Shown here: positions 1-13,080 of the stretch, one piece after another
Numbering within the stretch: the first letter of the stretch is position 1
Layout of the letters: each line of letters begins with the position of its first letter
Origin: Blasia pusilla
Taxonomy: Eukaryota
Length of the DNA stretch: 64,000 nt
NCBI GenBank assembly: GCA_050084515.1
Contig: CM114271.1
Location: 16,616,001 to 16,680,000, forward strand
Direction of reading: 5' to 3'
Notes under the pieces: generated by a model
The model's input: the letters and a program-made list of their open reading frames with translations, nothing else
Told to the model about the DNA's origin: nothing
Databases searched by the model: none
Made by a program: the position numbers and the translations under genes

Positions 1-665
1 CAATTAAACCCTAAACGGGCACGTCGTATTGGTGCCGTGTATGGCTCGGGGGCCGTCCACTCCACTCCATCGGCACTACAGAACGCCGGAGTCGTGACTT
101 TATCACTGCAGACCAGACCGTCGTTTTGGCGTTTCCCAGTCGTGCGAGCTCGCGAAGCGAAACGTAGTCGACCTCAGTAATCATCCGATTACTGGGTCCT
201 CGAATTGGGCAGTACTATTATTATGACGGGAAAGTCGAATTAGGGGTGACTGGCTGGCTCGCTAGCTGTTGCTCTCTGTTGCTTTCGTCGTCCCAGTTGT
301 CCGGCTGTTGGGAGGAAGAGGGTGGGGGGGTTGGGTCGGGGGCAGTGCGCCGCTAGCGCTTCCTTGGTTTAGAGACTGAGGTGAAGAGAAGAGAAGCGAG
401 GGCGGCAGGCGAGGCTGCCTTTGAGTGATTCGCCGGCCATCGACAGCGGATGGAGACGGAGGGAGCGGAGGTGTTCGGATGTGTCGATGACCGACGAAGA
501 GAAGATGTAAAGGATGACTACGGGATCGGGATCTGAGGGCCGATGGACATAGAAGGCTGGTGATTGGTGAGGAGGAGGAGGGGCGGGAGGAATGCTGTAG
601 AATTGCGCGTGGGAAAAAGAGGAGAAGATCACAGGGGCGCTAGGGGCGTGGAGTGATTTGTGGAA

Positions 666-1445
666 ATGGAAATTCCAGAGTGCTTCAAGGCCATGCTGAA
701 CGATTCGCCATTGTTGTGGAAGTCGGTGGCTATGTTTATGGTAGTGTATTTGTTTGGGTATTGGGTGATTTTCAGGAACTGGAAGGGCAGGCCTCGATAC
801 GATGCAGCGAGTTGCGGGATATCTCTTGCGCATGGAACGCTTGTGGCTCTTTTGGCAGCGCAGGACATTTTTTCGACGGAATGGAAACTGGACGCGGTTA
901 ATAGCGATAGGCAGAAGAAGATCATGGAGTACAGCATGGCCTACTTTATTGTGGACTTGATGAACTACATGTACGCCGCTCCGGATGACTTCCTTTTCAT
1001 CGGGCATCACATTGCCACTCTCACGTATATGTTCTCCTGCCGTTATTACACGGGCTATGGTGCTACTTCGGTCATGTGCCTGATAGCGGCCGGTGAGATA
1101 ACTAGTCCTGTGCAAAATGTGTGGACTCTGGCGCGAATGGCCCGGACGGAGTCTCCTTTGGCAAAACGAATTTACATTTCCTTGTCTCCCTTCTTCACCT
1201 TTTACTTTACGCTTGTGCGCGGAGTCTTCGGGCCCTATTTGGTTTATGAGCTCGGGAAATTCTACCTGGTAGGGAAGGCAGATGCCGTGGTGCCAAGGTG
1301 GCTGGCGTATTCGTGGATGTTCAAGATGTCGTTTGCCATTCTTGGGAGCATTGTGTGGGTGTACAAACTTTGGGTTGGGTTGGCCAAATTCTACAGCACG
1401 AAACGGGAGAGGCAAGTCGAAGACGCCACGAAGAAAGCTGCGTAG
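666..1445 (+). CDS. TLC (TRAM/LAG1/CLN8) domain membrane protein, single exon
   Basis: Hydrophobic multi-TM ORF with TLC-type motifs (YFIVDL, FIGHH, GEITSPVQN). First ATG at 666 within ORF 660..1445. Confidence 0.85.
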   Translation: MEIPECFKAMLNDSPLLWKSVAMFMVVYLFGYWVIFRNWKGRPRYDAASCGISLAHGTLVALLAAQDIFSTEWKLDAVNSDRQKKIMEYSMAYFIVDLMNYMYAAPDDFLFIGHHIATLTYMFSCRYYTGYGATSVMCLIAAGEITSPVQNVWTLARMARTESPLAKRIYISLSPFFTFYFTLVRGVFGPYLVYELGKFYLVGKADAVVPRWLAYSWMFKMSFAILGSIVWVYKLWVGLAKFYSTKRERQVEDATKKAA

Positions 1446-4400
1446 TCCAAATCGCTCCTTCCTCATGCTCAAGAGCAGTGTCATGTATTGCGAGAGCTCC
1501 TTCCTCCTACATTTAAAAGTTCTTTTTGCATTCGTTTGGCATCACTCGTGTGATCCCAACTCACACATGGGTGCCATCTATTCGACAGATTTGCCTCTCG
1601 AGGGTCGATTAGGGTTTGTAATTTTCTATGGAGGCACCGACTTGCATTGTCTTGGAGAACGCTCTGTAGACGCTGTGACTATGGTATCTGTCGAACTGCC
1701 AACACCTCCCAATTGTCTTGCTTGCTAGGTTTCATCTCGGAGAGAATTGAGCCGGCCTTTAGGACGATTCAATGCCCTGGAGGAGATGGCGTAGTTCAGA
1801 GTCCCCCCCAAGGCCACCTTTTGGGTTGGCGAGGACTCGAGATTGCCAGGGAGTGTCCGCGATGCGAGTTGCACTGTCCTTGTCTAGATATCGTGTACAG
1901 ATAGACCTGGCTGCGTTTGCTGGATGTATGACAGGAATTGGAAGATTCTTGAAAGACATTTTCATTTGATTTTACGAGGGTCCATCGTCTGTAAATTGCG
2001 ACTCCAGTGATTGACCGTGATATGTTTGGTGGAAGATGTACTTGGGTAACGAAGCCAGGAAAAGTCACATATGTGCGTGCGTGTGTATGGAAACATCCTC
2101 AAGAAACCAATGAGGATGTCTTCGGTGGGGTTCGCACTTCGCGGGACCTCTCCCAACCTTCATGACCTGACCACTTGCGCACCCTGTTTGTTGCCGACCA
2201 CATGGGTACAACCCCGGTAGATGCTCCCGATGACCTTGCCGTCGTACCACACAAACACAGGTAGCCTCGAAGTGCCTGCTCACTTGGTACGTGAGTCGCA
2301 GTTGGGCGTATGAGGTGCGATTACCATGGGTTCGGAGTCCCACGATTACTTCAATCCCGAGCATTAGAAGCCTGGAGTCACGCACGCGTCCGGCCGAATC
2401 GACTTTTTCCTCCCGGATACGTGTCCATTTCTCCTCCTCGATATGTGTCCACCACCACTGTGGATTCCGATTCCCCGTGTTATAGGCGATGGAAAGTTGT
2501 TCGCCACGAAGTCCTGCGCGTGACCGGCTGATGCGAAGCGCTACGTGGATGTCGTGGACGTCCAGGACCCAAGTTCAGCGGTCCGCCAGCGGGCACAGGG
2601 TCTCCTGAGGTAGAGGCTTCGCGGGATTGTCGTTACTATCCGTAGACACTGGGTACCTCACTAATGAAGAATTTATACTAATAGCGAATCGCGGGGATCC
2701 TTTGGGAAGGACTTGGCTAAGGAAGAGCGGACTCAGCGGAGGACCACTCCCGAGAATTTTAGGGAATTGGGGCTATCCAATGCCCCAAATCGTTCCATTC
2801 AAAATCAGCTTACAAAGGAACTTTGATTCAGACAATGATGATATCCTATGGTTTCTCTATGGGGATACAGGAATAGAGAGGCCATGAGTAAACTCATGGC
2901 CTTTCTTTGCCTAACAAAAAACATAGCCCTTTCACTAGTCCATACTATCCATTCTATCTTAAGTACAACCAATATGACAATTGAGACTACCATATGATTT
3001 TTGCTTCATCTTAAACACACATCTGCATTCATTTCCTTCTTGCCTTGTTGAAGACCAATTAACTCATAGCTTTGTTGCTTCGCCAAGGTTTTGGTCTAAA
3101 CCCACTATGGCTTTTGTATTCCCTTTCAAGAGTGGTAGCCTCATGTATGTGAAGAATCCTCACCGTGAATGCTTAATATACGTCAAAAAGCCATCATCAA
3201 TGAATATATGCACAAGATTTAGTACGCCATTTGACAATGATGTACCGTGTGGTATGATTTGACGTTGGTGCGAGCACCTGCATTCATGATTATTTATGTT
3301 ATTAATCTTTATTTCTGGAATCGTAACAAAGACGGTTGGGATACTAATATATGCAATAGATGGTAAGCTCAATAAAAATTCATCCTCCATGGACAAGGCA
3401 TACTTGCCAAAAATATCTTTGAATGTTTTTCTATAAGCACAAATATCGAAGAGAGACTTCTAGATTGGACGATAGAATCTTCTCTAACACTCTCTTTGTT
3501 AATTGAAACCTCTTTTTTCGGGTAGAGGAATAAGGCATTTCTTCTTCAAGAACGGTAGGAATTACCTGCCCTTCATTCCTATAAATAATACACTAAGGTA
3601 ATGGTCTCCTTCCCAATTATCAATTATAACTTTGAGTGTATGAGAAAGAGAGTCTAAGAGACCCTATCCACCCTCTACAAATTAAAGTTCACTATGATAG
3701 TCTCTTATTGTTTACATGTGCCCAGAGGCAAGATGCCTCATGTAATTTAGTATAATGATATTTAAAATGACAAGTCAAAAAGCGGCCTCCATAGATTTAG
3801 CTGACGTACGCATACAAGTCACAATTTGGGCTAAGGTAATAAGACTTTTCTATGGATTTTGGAGAAAGAACTTCTTATCCCTTCCCCAAATATGTGAGAG
3901 AGAGGAGGTTCTCTCATTCTCTTTGTGCATATTCTCACTCCTCATGTCTATGCAAGCTAGCTCCTATTTGTGCGCATGTGAAGTGTAAGCCTTGTAGAGT
4001 TAGAAGTTTCTATATGGTATTAGAGCATGGAAGAGTGTGAAAATTTGTTTGGAAAGTAGGAGAGTTGCAAAAAGAGCAAGAGGAGATTTTAGGAGAAAAA
4101 ATCTTTTCTTGTTTAGGCAAAATCCACTTGGAATGACAAAACTGTTACTTTCAAGGCCAAGATATTTTTAGAAGGCCAAAAAAGTGCAATGTATGATAAA
4201 AAATTCTATTTTTTCTTTGACAACATTCAATTCTAGGCACATCTTCTTCTCAAAATTTTTTAAGGTTTTTAAAAAAAATTCATGGCGTCAATTGCAAAGA
4301 ACACAACGTGACGAAGCCCTAAAGATATTTTCTCTCCAAAAGGATCTATTTCAAAAAAATTAAAAAAATTTCAGATTTCTATTTGATTCAATACCATATT

Positions 4401-4946
4401 TGAGGCATTTTTCCAAGTCTCCAAAACATAAATTTAGTGGTAGTTTAGCTATAATGCTTTCACAAAATACAAGTAGACCACTCGTAAACTTGCAAGAACC
4501 ACACTCGAAAACCACTCACAATAAGCGAGTGAATTTTGATTCCATAATCACATTTTCCTACACAAGCAACATACTCAAAAGTTGAACTTGATGTACTTGC
4601 AAAATTGCAAAAAATTGTTGATATTTGCAAAATTGTGAGTGTTGAATTCCCCAAAGTACTCAAAATCTTGTTTTTTAGAAGCAAATATATTGAAATTTAG
4701 TCATTCAATTCGATGATTCTTTCACATAATTTATTTTCTTCTTCCCCAAACTACCAACTCGTCTTATGTTACTCATGTACACCTATTGTGCTATATGGTT
4801 GTCTACAAAGGCATACAACTTTGGTAGGTGCAAGTGCGTGTACATCCTGCATCTACTTCTATGTGGGTTCATATAGACTTAGTGCCCTCCAAAGGCCGAG
4901 AAGGGCTCACATCACCTGATCAACTCCGTGAACATCTACATTCATT

Positions 4947-5702
4947 TGTCGTGCACATACACATCATTACACAACATACATAGCTATCACTGAACACACA
5001 CACAAACACGCACGATCCCATGCTAACTCATGGCATCCAAACAACCAGACAAGAAGTACCAAAATATCTCCAATAAAGTAAGATCCAATCTCTCTCTACA
5101 CAATCTCACACCATAGCTCTCAAAGGTGTGCACTCTCTCTCATGTCAAACCAAACCCACTCTCCTAATGAGAGGCTTGGGTTACACTCACAAGGCAAGGG
5201 ACCATAGCTCCGCCGCCTCATGCCAAGAGGTTCAACAAAGAAAGAATGAGCTCTCAAGCTCTCTCTCCTTGGGATACATACCCCCTCCCCTCTCCCAAGC
5301 TCTCTCCATGGTAACCTATTCTCCCAAGTCATCTCTTTGGCTCTTGACCTGATGTAGGAGGTCAAGGATCACTTACCAAAAATAGAAAGTCGATCATATA
5401 CTCAAAATGGTACTTACCTAAAATAGTAAGTTCCTCAATATGGCTCCAAATGAACCAAAACGGGGGGGAGGGGGGGGCCTCAGCAGGTCATCCTCGACCT
5501 CCTAGGCCTGTCCTCCACTACTCTTGAAGACGCTCTACTAGATCTCACCGATCTATCCTAAAGGACGTGACAACTATGGTACGCATACACATCGCTACAC
5601 AACATACATCGCTATCACTGAACACACACACAAACACGCACGATCCCATGCTAACTCATGGCATCCAAACAACCAGACAAGAAGTACCAAAATATCTCCA
5701 AT
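4947..5702 (-). repeat. 3' terminal repeat block of copy 1: A (4947-5074), B (5075-5572), 2-bp spacer, A (5575-5702)
   Basis: 4947 starts TGTCGTGC and 5572 ends GACGTGACA. 5575-5702 repeats 4947-5074. Confidence 0.9.
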
Positions 5703-5712
5703 CGCCCCCCTA
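5703..5712 (-). promoter_or_regulatory. Polypurine tract of copy 1
   Basis: Minus strand reads TAGGGGGGCG directly before A. The same tract is at 20449-20458 (+) and 62974-62983 (-). Confidence 0.7.
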
Positions 5713-5888
5713 GCTCGTGGTTAGGTCCCTCTAACTCTAGATAGCCATCTATCCCTACCTACCATGACATACATCTCTCAGACGCTAAGAGCAAGAAGGT
5801 CGGGTGCTCATATGGCCCCATCGTTAGTTGCCTTCCTCTCATCCATGTCAGAGAAAAAGTCGGGATCGAAACCTACCTAGTATCTCCT

Positions 5889-6215
5889 CTATGTACATCT
5901 GGGACATATCCATCGTCCCCGAGGAATCCTAGTGAGAGGTGGCGTCAGACATGCCATATGCCAACCTCTCGAACAACCATCACATACTAGCATCGTGGCC
6001 GCACCACGGGCAGAACCACATAACATACGACGCAAGCCTGCAAGAACTACTGCTAAGCTCGGATCCACTATACTATCAATGTTAGGAAGGTGACATGGTG
6101 CATAATTACGCACATGGTCCTTCCATACCATACCATCGCGTCCCTCCAGCAAGAGAACACCGGATGGCAAAACGTCACGCACTCTCAGGATAGTGCGCCC
6201 TGCAGTCACATCCAA
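5889..6215 (-). pseudogene. Integrase C-terminal extension with PHD finger
   Basis: (C)MLC...CDGC...WHMAC...WICPRC matches the C4HC3 PHD pattern. The first Cys is Arg in this copy but intact in copies 2 and 3. Confidence 0.88.
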
Positions 6216-6230
6216 CGTTGTCAGTGCCGT

Positions 6231-7150
6231 CTACTGCAAGTAGACATAATCTCCCTGATGAGACCTCCGGATAGTTGGTCGATAACCACCACCCCGAATA
6301 GTCGCATACCTCAACGTATCCTGATGTTGCGCAATCGTCAAGTTCTCGAACGCCATGGGCATCACTCTCTGAAATAACTCAGCCCTCTGAGAACATGCTC
6401 GCACCCATACATCTGGGTCATCAAGGTCAAGCACCTCATCAGCATCTCGACGAATGGCCGTAGGTAAATCTGGCTCTTGGCCATAAAGTAGCAAGTACGG
6501 TGAAAAAGACGCTAAGGATGCCTGCCTGCTGAATCTGTATCCCATCGCCAACCATGGCAAGTGGAGGTCCCAATCTCCTAGGTGACCTCTCTGCAAGCCA
6601 TACTTGCGTAAACCCCTCTTCACCGTCAGCACAACTCTCTCCGCTAATCCATCTGCCTTGGGATGATCTCGCGAAGTCGTGCGGTGGTCGATCAGCGCTT
6701 GATCACACAAGGCTTGGAACTCACCCCGAAACTCGGTACCCTGGTCTGTCAACACCTCAGCCGGTGCGCCATAATGACTTAGCACTCTGTCAAGGAAGGC
6801 ATAAGCTACTCCCTCACTTGCTTTGTCAAGCAATGCAACCAACTCGATCCACTTCGACAAGTGCTCGACCATCACCAACACATAACGACTGTGACGCTCT
6901 GTCAAGGGCAAAGGTCCTGCAAAATCCAAACTCCATCTATACCCTAAGCCCATGATCAGTAATGGATGCAACTGTGGAGTCGGAGCATTGAACGATGCTC
7001 AGACCCAATCACACACCATGCACCTGGCAACAAACTACTGAACGTCAGTCTGCATGCCTCGCCACCAATACTGAATCTGGAGCAAGCTGTACGTCCGCTT
7101 CACCCCAAAGTGACCCAACTCCTCGTGGGCATGCTGCACTAGTCGTGCTC
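6231..7150 (-). pseudogene. DDE integrase (HHCC plus rve core)
   Basis: HEELGH...CMVC zinc finger, then WSLDF, TDQG and AERV catalytic motifs. Confidence 0.92.
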
Positions 7151-7519
7151 TCTGCGAAGAATGCGGCACTACGCGTACTCTGCCATCCTCCCAAACCGTC
7201 AAAACATGTGTCCCCTCCCAACGGAACCGTCTGGCCCGCTGTAGGATCCGATCTCGCTCTCTAGCACCCATTGTGCTTGCAACGCTGCCAATACGAAGGT
7301 ACTCCAAGACTTCTCCATCATAATGAATATCTCGGCCACCTGTCATCTCCTCACTGGCCTCGGGATCCAAGGACTCCCCATTAGACCTCGCCATCAAAGT
7401 TTCCACACTTTGGCTCTCCATAGCCAACATGCCTAAATAGGCTGACGCGTGCCATCCTGGCACCGACTCCTCATCACTGTCTCCATGCCATCTAGCTCCA
7501 GTCGCATCTCGCTGACTTG

Positions 7520-8900
7520 GGCATGGGTTACAACTCAACCCATCTGCATCTTGGTTGAGCATCCCAGGTCTATGTACAACCTGAAAATCATACTCCTGCA
7601 ACAAAAGAGCCCATCTCGCAAGTTTCCATATAAGCTTGTCGGACTCCATCAACCACTTCGAAGTGGTTGATGATCGGTGATGATGGTAAAGGGGTTGACG
7701 AATAAGTAACACCTGAAATGCACGACAACCCACACCGCAGCCAACCACTCACCCTCATACGAGCTGTACTTCGCCTCTACAGCGTTTTTCGAGTGGCTAG
7801 CGTAATCCACCACGAACTCTCTACCCTCATCATCATGTTGGGTGAGCACCGCTCCAAGCCGCAACATGCTCTAATCTGTGTGCAACTGGAAAGGACGCCC
7901 ATTGATCGGTCTCCTCAAGATGGGCGCAGACGTCAACCTGTACTTGAGCAACTGAAATGCTCGCTCCTGCTCATCCCCCCACTACCACTCGTGATCCAAA
8001 GGTCAGTGGCTTTGCAATCGAACAGAATCCCTTGACGTATCGCCAATAGAAGTTCGCCAATCCCATGAATGTGCGAACCCGGCTCACATCTGTAGGGCAT
8101 GGAATGCGTGAGATAGCCTCTACCTTTGTTTGTTGAACACCAAGGCCCCCTGGGTACATCGTATGACCCAACTACTCAATCTGGCTGTAGAAGAACTTGC
8201 ACTTGCCAGGATGTAGCTTCAGCCCATGTAATTGCAATCGTCGAAACACCTCCTCTAGATGTTGCTCATGCTCCTCAACCGTGGCGCTAAAGACTACGAT
8301 ATCATCAATATAACACCTAGCAGAATCCAGACCAGCCAAGATCCTATCCATCACCCTCTGAAACTCAGCCGGGGTGTTCTTTAACCCAAATGGTAAGAAC
8401 CGCCACTGGTACAAACAATCCTTCCCGTGAGGATCGATGCCCCAAAATTCCGTCTTCTGCCTGTCCTCCAATCTGATAGGCAACTGATGGTATCCGGCTC
8501 GCAAATCCAATGAACTGAAGACCTTTGCGTGTTCAATCGCATCAAAGATCTCCTCACGGGTGGGCATGGCATACATATCGGACTTCGCCTGCCGATTGAT
8601 AGGTCGGTAATCCCCACACATCTGCCTATCCGTCCAATTGCCATGCACATCCTTCTTGGCGGACATGACAGTGGCAGATGCATACTCCCCATGCGACATC
8701 TCCACTAATTCTGCTCTGACCAAGTCCTGGCTCCTACTCTGAATCAGAGCCCTCTCCATATCACTGTACCTGTAGGGTCGTCGGAAGATCGGCGTATCAC
8801 TCCACTACTCAATGCGGATCCCCGGTCCCTTCAGCATACCCAAATCCTCCATGCTAAACGCAAAGCAGCTCCTATAACTCCTGAGGAACTAATGTATTCG
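7520..8900 (-). pseudogene. Reverse transcriptase and RNase H (gypsy type)
   Basis: MCGDYRPIN, LDLRAGYHQ, LPFGLKN, YIDD; RNase H motifs LGAVLTQ and TDHQPL. Confidence 0.95.
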
Positions 8901-9279
8901 GCGCCCCCCTCCTCCTTTCAACTTAGGGCCCATATCTGGCTCCCAAGTCTCCATCGTGACTACGGTAGGACTCTCCGGCGCGGGTATCGATGGTTGCTAT
9001 GGTGCAACCCCGTCTCGAACAACAACACTCGGCCGCTCTCCTGCAGCCAACTGCAAACTCTGATCTCCTCCACGTGCCGTGCCCGAAACCACACTCGATG
9101 TTGTGGCTATCATCTCCTTGCGTACCTGGAAAACATCCCAAGAAGTCCAAGGGTGTCTCTCCCGATCTCCTCGGGTCTCGCCCCCAGCCACTGCCTCCAC
9201 CGTCTTGGTAGGCATGGGGCTCACCAACGCAACCGCTGTGATCTGTCGCGATCTCATACGACGCTGTTCAGCCACTTCC

Positions 9280-10226
9280 AAGGTGAGGATCCATGTCAAG
9301 CAGTTCAGGTCCATCGCCTGACCCAAGACATGGCGTCGTGATGCCTGTAACATTGATGGTACTGCCGTCACTCCTATGGGAAATACCATCACTCGCTCTC
9401 TCTCGTTGGCGTTGGGCTCCACTAACCGCTGAACCTGGTCATCCCAAACCAAGTCAGGAGCGGCCTCCTTGTATGCATAGGAAGCGGGAAAACTCACAAA
9501 CGTGGGCAAGGCTGCCCTCGGCCTGCCTACCCTGTTGACCACAATCAACGGTGGTCGATCATCGTGCCTCACTGCCTGTGATCGACGACCTGTATCCAAA
9601 ATGGAATCCACTAACAAATGGGAGGGGCGCTCCACTCTCGCATACGTCCTCCGTAACACCGCATGGGGCATCAAGTTGGTCCACCATAGACACGGGCGAT
9701 GGGCTCTAGAACCTACACTCGCCGCATCCAAGAACACTGCTGGGCCAATCCAGGCACACACCTGATGAGCACTCGTCACCACCCGTGACCGGGAGTCTCC
9801 TAAGATCGGCACATTCTCCAGAACGTAGGCTGGAGAATGAGATTGGTGCTCCTGCAACTTTCGTAAGACCCTCAAAATCTCCCAAAATAACTTGGACCGA
9901 GTGTCAGCCAACCCGTTGCCTTGTCCAGCACTCGATTGGCCCTGACATGGCCAACCGGAAATGACCAAATCAATGGTCCCTACCCGCTCTAAGTCCTACG
10001 CCCCCAACAACAAAATATCCCTCGGTAGGGAACTGTGATATCCTAGTACTGCGGACGCAGACAATAAGTCGGGAAAACGTAGGCGTAATTGTGCCACATA
10101 TCGTAGTGAGACGCGCCTCGCAACATCATCACTCTCCACATACAAGCACTGTTGTACTTGCACTCTTGCCTGCAAAATAGTAGCTAACCCGATGCTAATC
10201 CCTTTAAAGAGATCTAACACTCGAAT
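9280..10226 (-). pseudogene. DNMT3-like C5 cytosine methyltransferase domain within pol
   Basis: Motifs I (VLDLFKGIS), IV (GWPCQ), VI (LENV), VIII (AHRPCLWWTNL), IX (ERERVMVFP) and X (RRHVLGQAM) in order. One internal TAG at 9996-9998. Confidence 0.9.
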
Positions 10227-10645
10227 ACCCTCCTCCGGGGTACACCACACAATGGGTGTGGTATCCAAGGGTGTCATCGTAGCACTCCCTACTACCTCGG
10301 GTTCCTCAGACCCGTCACGCTCCGGTGCAAACGCCTCGCTCCACGTGGTCTGCACGTGCTCATCTGCCAATCTTCGAAGCTCCTCAGTCGAGCCCCACAT
10401 TGGCACCTCTCCTCCACGGAATGATGCACCTACCATAACACTCCTCTCCATAGAAATGTCAGGAATGGGAGTATCCTCTGCATGGACATGTCCTCAATCA
10501 AATCACTAGGCCAAGTGATGGCACTGCTAAATGCTGCTAAGGTCGCCATCTCTCCTGGCCGTTGCTCGATCACTACACCTATGAATCAAATGGGTAATGA
10601 GCTAAGGCGCCCATCACCTGACTGCCATCCTGGTCTGTAGGACGC

Positions 10646-11060
10646 TCACTCCTCCCAGTAATCCATGGAAAACCGCAACGGGTATAACACTCCTCCACCA
10701 ACCAAGACGTCGTAGGACTCTACATCTGTCACTATTGCCTTGGCGCGCACCACAGACTCATCAGTAGGATGTCCCGAGCGAATCCTCATCATGACCTCCT
10801 GTCGGGTGATATACTGTGTGGTACTCGCTCCACCCAAGGATGTCTGTATCCGGAATGGACAACGCTCCACATCGGCTCTTATTAAGCCCAATCCTCTGAA
10901 TGACGCTTTCCCCAACATCATGGGTTGCGCTCCTGAATCCAACAAGACGCGTTGCGGACTAAAATCTCTACCTCCACGACTCACCAATTGAAAGACCTCT
11001 CCTCGGTTATCCAGCAACACAACAGCAGGAGAAGCCATGGCACGCTCTATCGCGGGTCTA
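10646..11060 (-). pseudogene. Retropepsin aspartic protease
   Basis: VLLDSGAQ active-site motif and a downstream YDVLVG motif. Confidence 0.8.
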
Positions 11061-11849
11061 GCGAGCATCTCCGCCATTCTAGCAGCCACAGCCTCCCATG
11101 AATCCGACGTGGACGGTCCGAGCATCCGCTCCAAGGGCAGGTCCATCACCTCCTCTGCAATCACCTCTGAACGTGATGCAGGAACTCCAACTCTACGCTC
11201 ACATAGCGACGCGGCCAGCCGAAAAGCCTCGGCGGGTGTACACCCCAACGTCATAACATCGGAAGTAGAAAATAAAAGAGTGCGGTACACAACGGTGGCC
11301 GCCCCCAACAATGTGCTTGACACATGCCCCTCCTGAGAATCAACAATAGGAGTCGTCGCACTCGCTTCTCCCATCGCCCTCCGTGCCTGCACACCAACAA
11401 CATCACCAACTCTCAAGGAACTTTGATGAGGATCCATCGATGGGGTCCTCATCGCTTCGGACAACGTGAAAGACTGAGGAAGCCTAGTCTATTTTCTGCT
11501 TCCCCTTGTTGTGGATCCAACTCTGTGGCTGCTCCATGCGTCACAACTGTGGCGGCCTCCATCTGGGCAACCCCGCACATCCAACCAGGATCCTCCAGAT
11601 CTCTAGCCGCTCCATATGATGTCGATGCCACGGATCCGGCATCGGGTAATCTCAATGCCATAGCGGCAATCTGCTCCTGTAGTTGGTGTATCTGAGTAGC
11701 CATCCCAGCCTCACGTCCGGCGTCTCTCTCGGCGCGTCTAGGTGGTGGTACTCTACCTCCTCCACGGGCAGCTCCACCACCCTGTCAGGCAACTCGAGAT
11801 CCTTGACCCCCAACGGGACCACCTGGTGCACGATCTCTAGGCCCACCCG

Positions 11850-13080
11850 GACCGGCTACTCGCTCTGGTGCCCTCTCTGGCCCTCGGTCCGAACGTAATT
11901 CAGGATGTAAACTAAAATACCTGGCGCATGTATGACCATACCTCTGACAATAGTCACACTGATAACCTCCTTGTGCAGCACCATCTCCTCCTCCATGCTG
12001 AGGCATACGTCCATGACCATAACGAGTGCAATGGCTGATGATGGGCTCCGCCACATGACCAACAAGTAATAGTAGGCGGCTACTGTTGAGCTGCATATGA
12101 AGGCGCAGGTCTCTGTGCCACGGGCTCCCAATATCCTCCCTCAGCTCATGGTGCCACAATTGACCTATCTCGGAATTCACGTTGCTGCACAGGTGGTGGA
12201 GCCAATCGCAACTCCTCTCGCCCAGAACCCATGGTGGCTACGCTCTCCTCCGCCATGTTGCGCTCAATGTTCTCGGCGGTCCTAAAAACATCTCTCAACG
12301 TAGGGGAGGTGTTCATAAGAAGCACCCCCTCCCACACCCGTGGCCGCAAGGTCTGGTCCAGCATCGCGTACCATGACTGGATAGCCTGAGCCTCTGTCAC
12401 CCCCTGAGTGACATTGATCAACCCGCGCAAGCGAGTGTAAGCCTCACGTAAACTCTCACCCGGGTGCCTCTGGAAGTTGTGGATGCTCCGCAACTTTTCC
12501 GTCCGTACCCCTTGGTAGCTCACCCTCAACTCAGCAAAGAACTCAACCACGGGGTTGAACGTGGGACGAACCTGACTAGACGGTGCAACTGCTCCAGTGC
12601 GAGTGACCCCTCCTAAAACATCACTAGTGGAAGAGGAAGTAACCCCTCATGACTCCTCCTCCTCATCTGGGAACGGCTCCGTCCATAACACATAGTGTGG
12701 GTTGTAGTGGAGTCCTGGGCAAATCTGTGGGAAAACTCATGGTAATCGTCCATGGGTGCCCCCTCTAAATGCTGGAACAAACCGTTCCATGTTGTAAACA
12801 GGTTTAACTCTCTAGAGTTCTTGGCCTGCTGGGAGTCGCACCAACTCCTAAACTCTGCTATGAAATCGTGCAACTCAATCGTACCTACTGCACCTGAAAA
12901 CCTACGCGGTCCTCTACCCTAGTCGTCCATCTCGTACGCCCAACTGGTAGGACCACTCACAATGTGTGGCGATGTGCTCACAAATTCCTCTACACCCTCC
13001 CCCTCGTCTGACGATGACACAGAAGGAGGTCGAGGTGGTCCCTGAAGTGAAGACTCTCGGAAGCTCACGCCACTCCGCGT
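11850..13080 (-). pseudogene. Gag remnants with degenerate zinc knuckle
   Basis: FQRHPGESLREAYTRL gag-like segment and CDYCQRYGH knuckle, split over several frames. Confidence 0.7.

Noticed and set aside
369-1484. 371-aa minus-strand ORF
   Set aside because: Antisense shadow of the TLC gene, with no recognisable domain.
2620-4900. Possible decayed TE or gene fragments
   Set aside because: No domain or termini that I can support.
5120-5365. Recurrent small ORFs in the B repeat (also 14860, 61219, 62378)
   Set aside because: They recur only because the repeat recurs. Indels shift the frames among copies.
4947-5572. Reading A-B as an ordinary 3' LTR
   Set aside because: The PPT abuts a second A rather than B, and the 5' B is followed by the leader rather than A. 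This does not fit a conventional LTR pair.
8997-10451. Host DNMT3/DRM gene or bacterial restriction-modification methylase
   Set aside because: Intronless, colinear with pol in two copies, and with no restriction enzyme or bacterial context.
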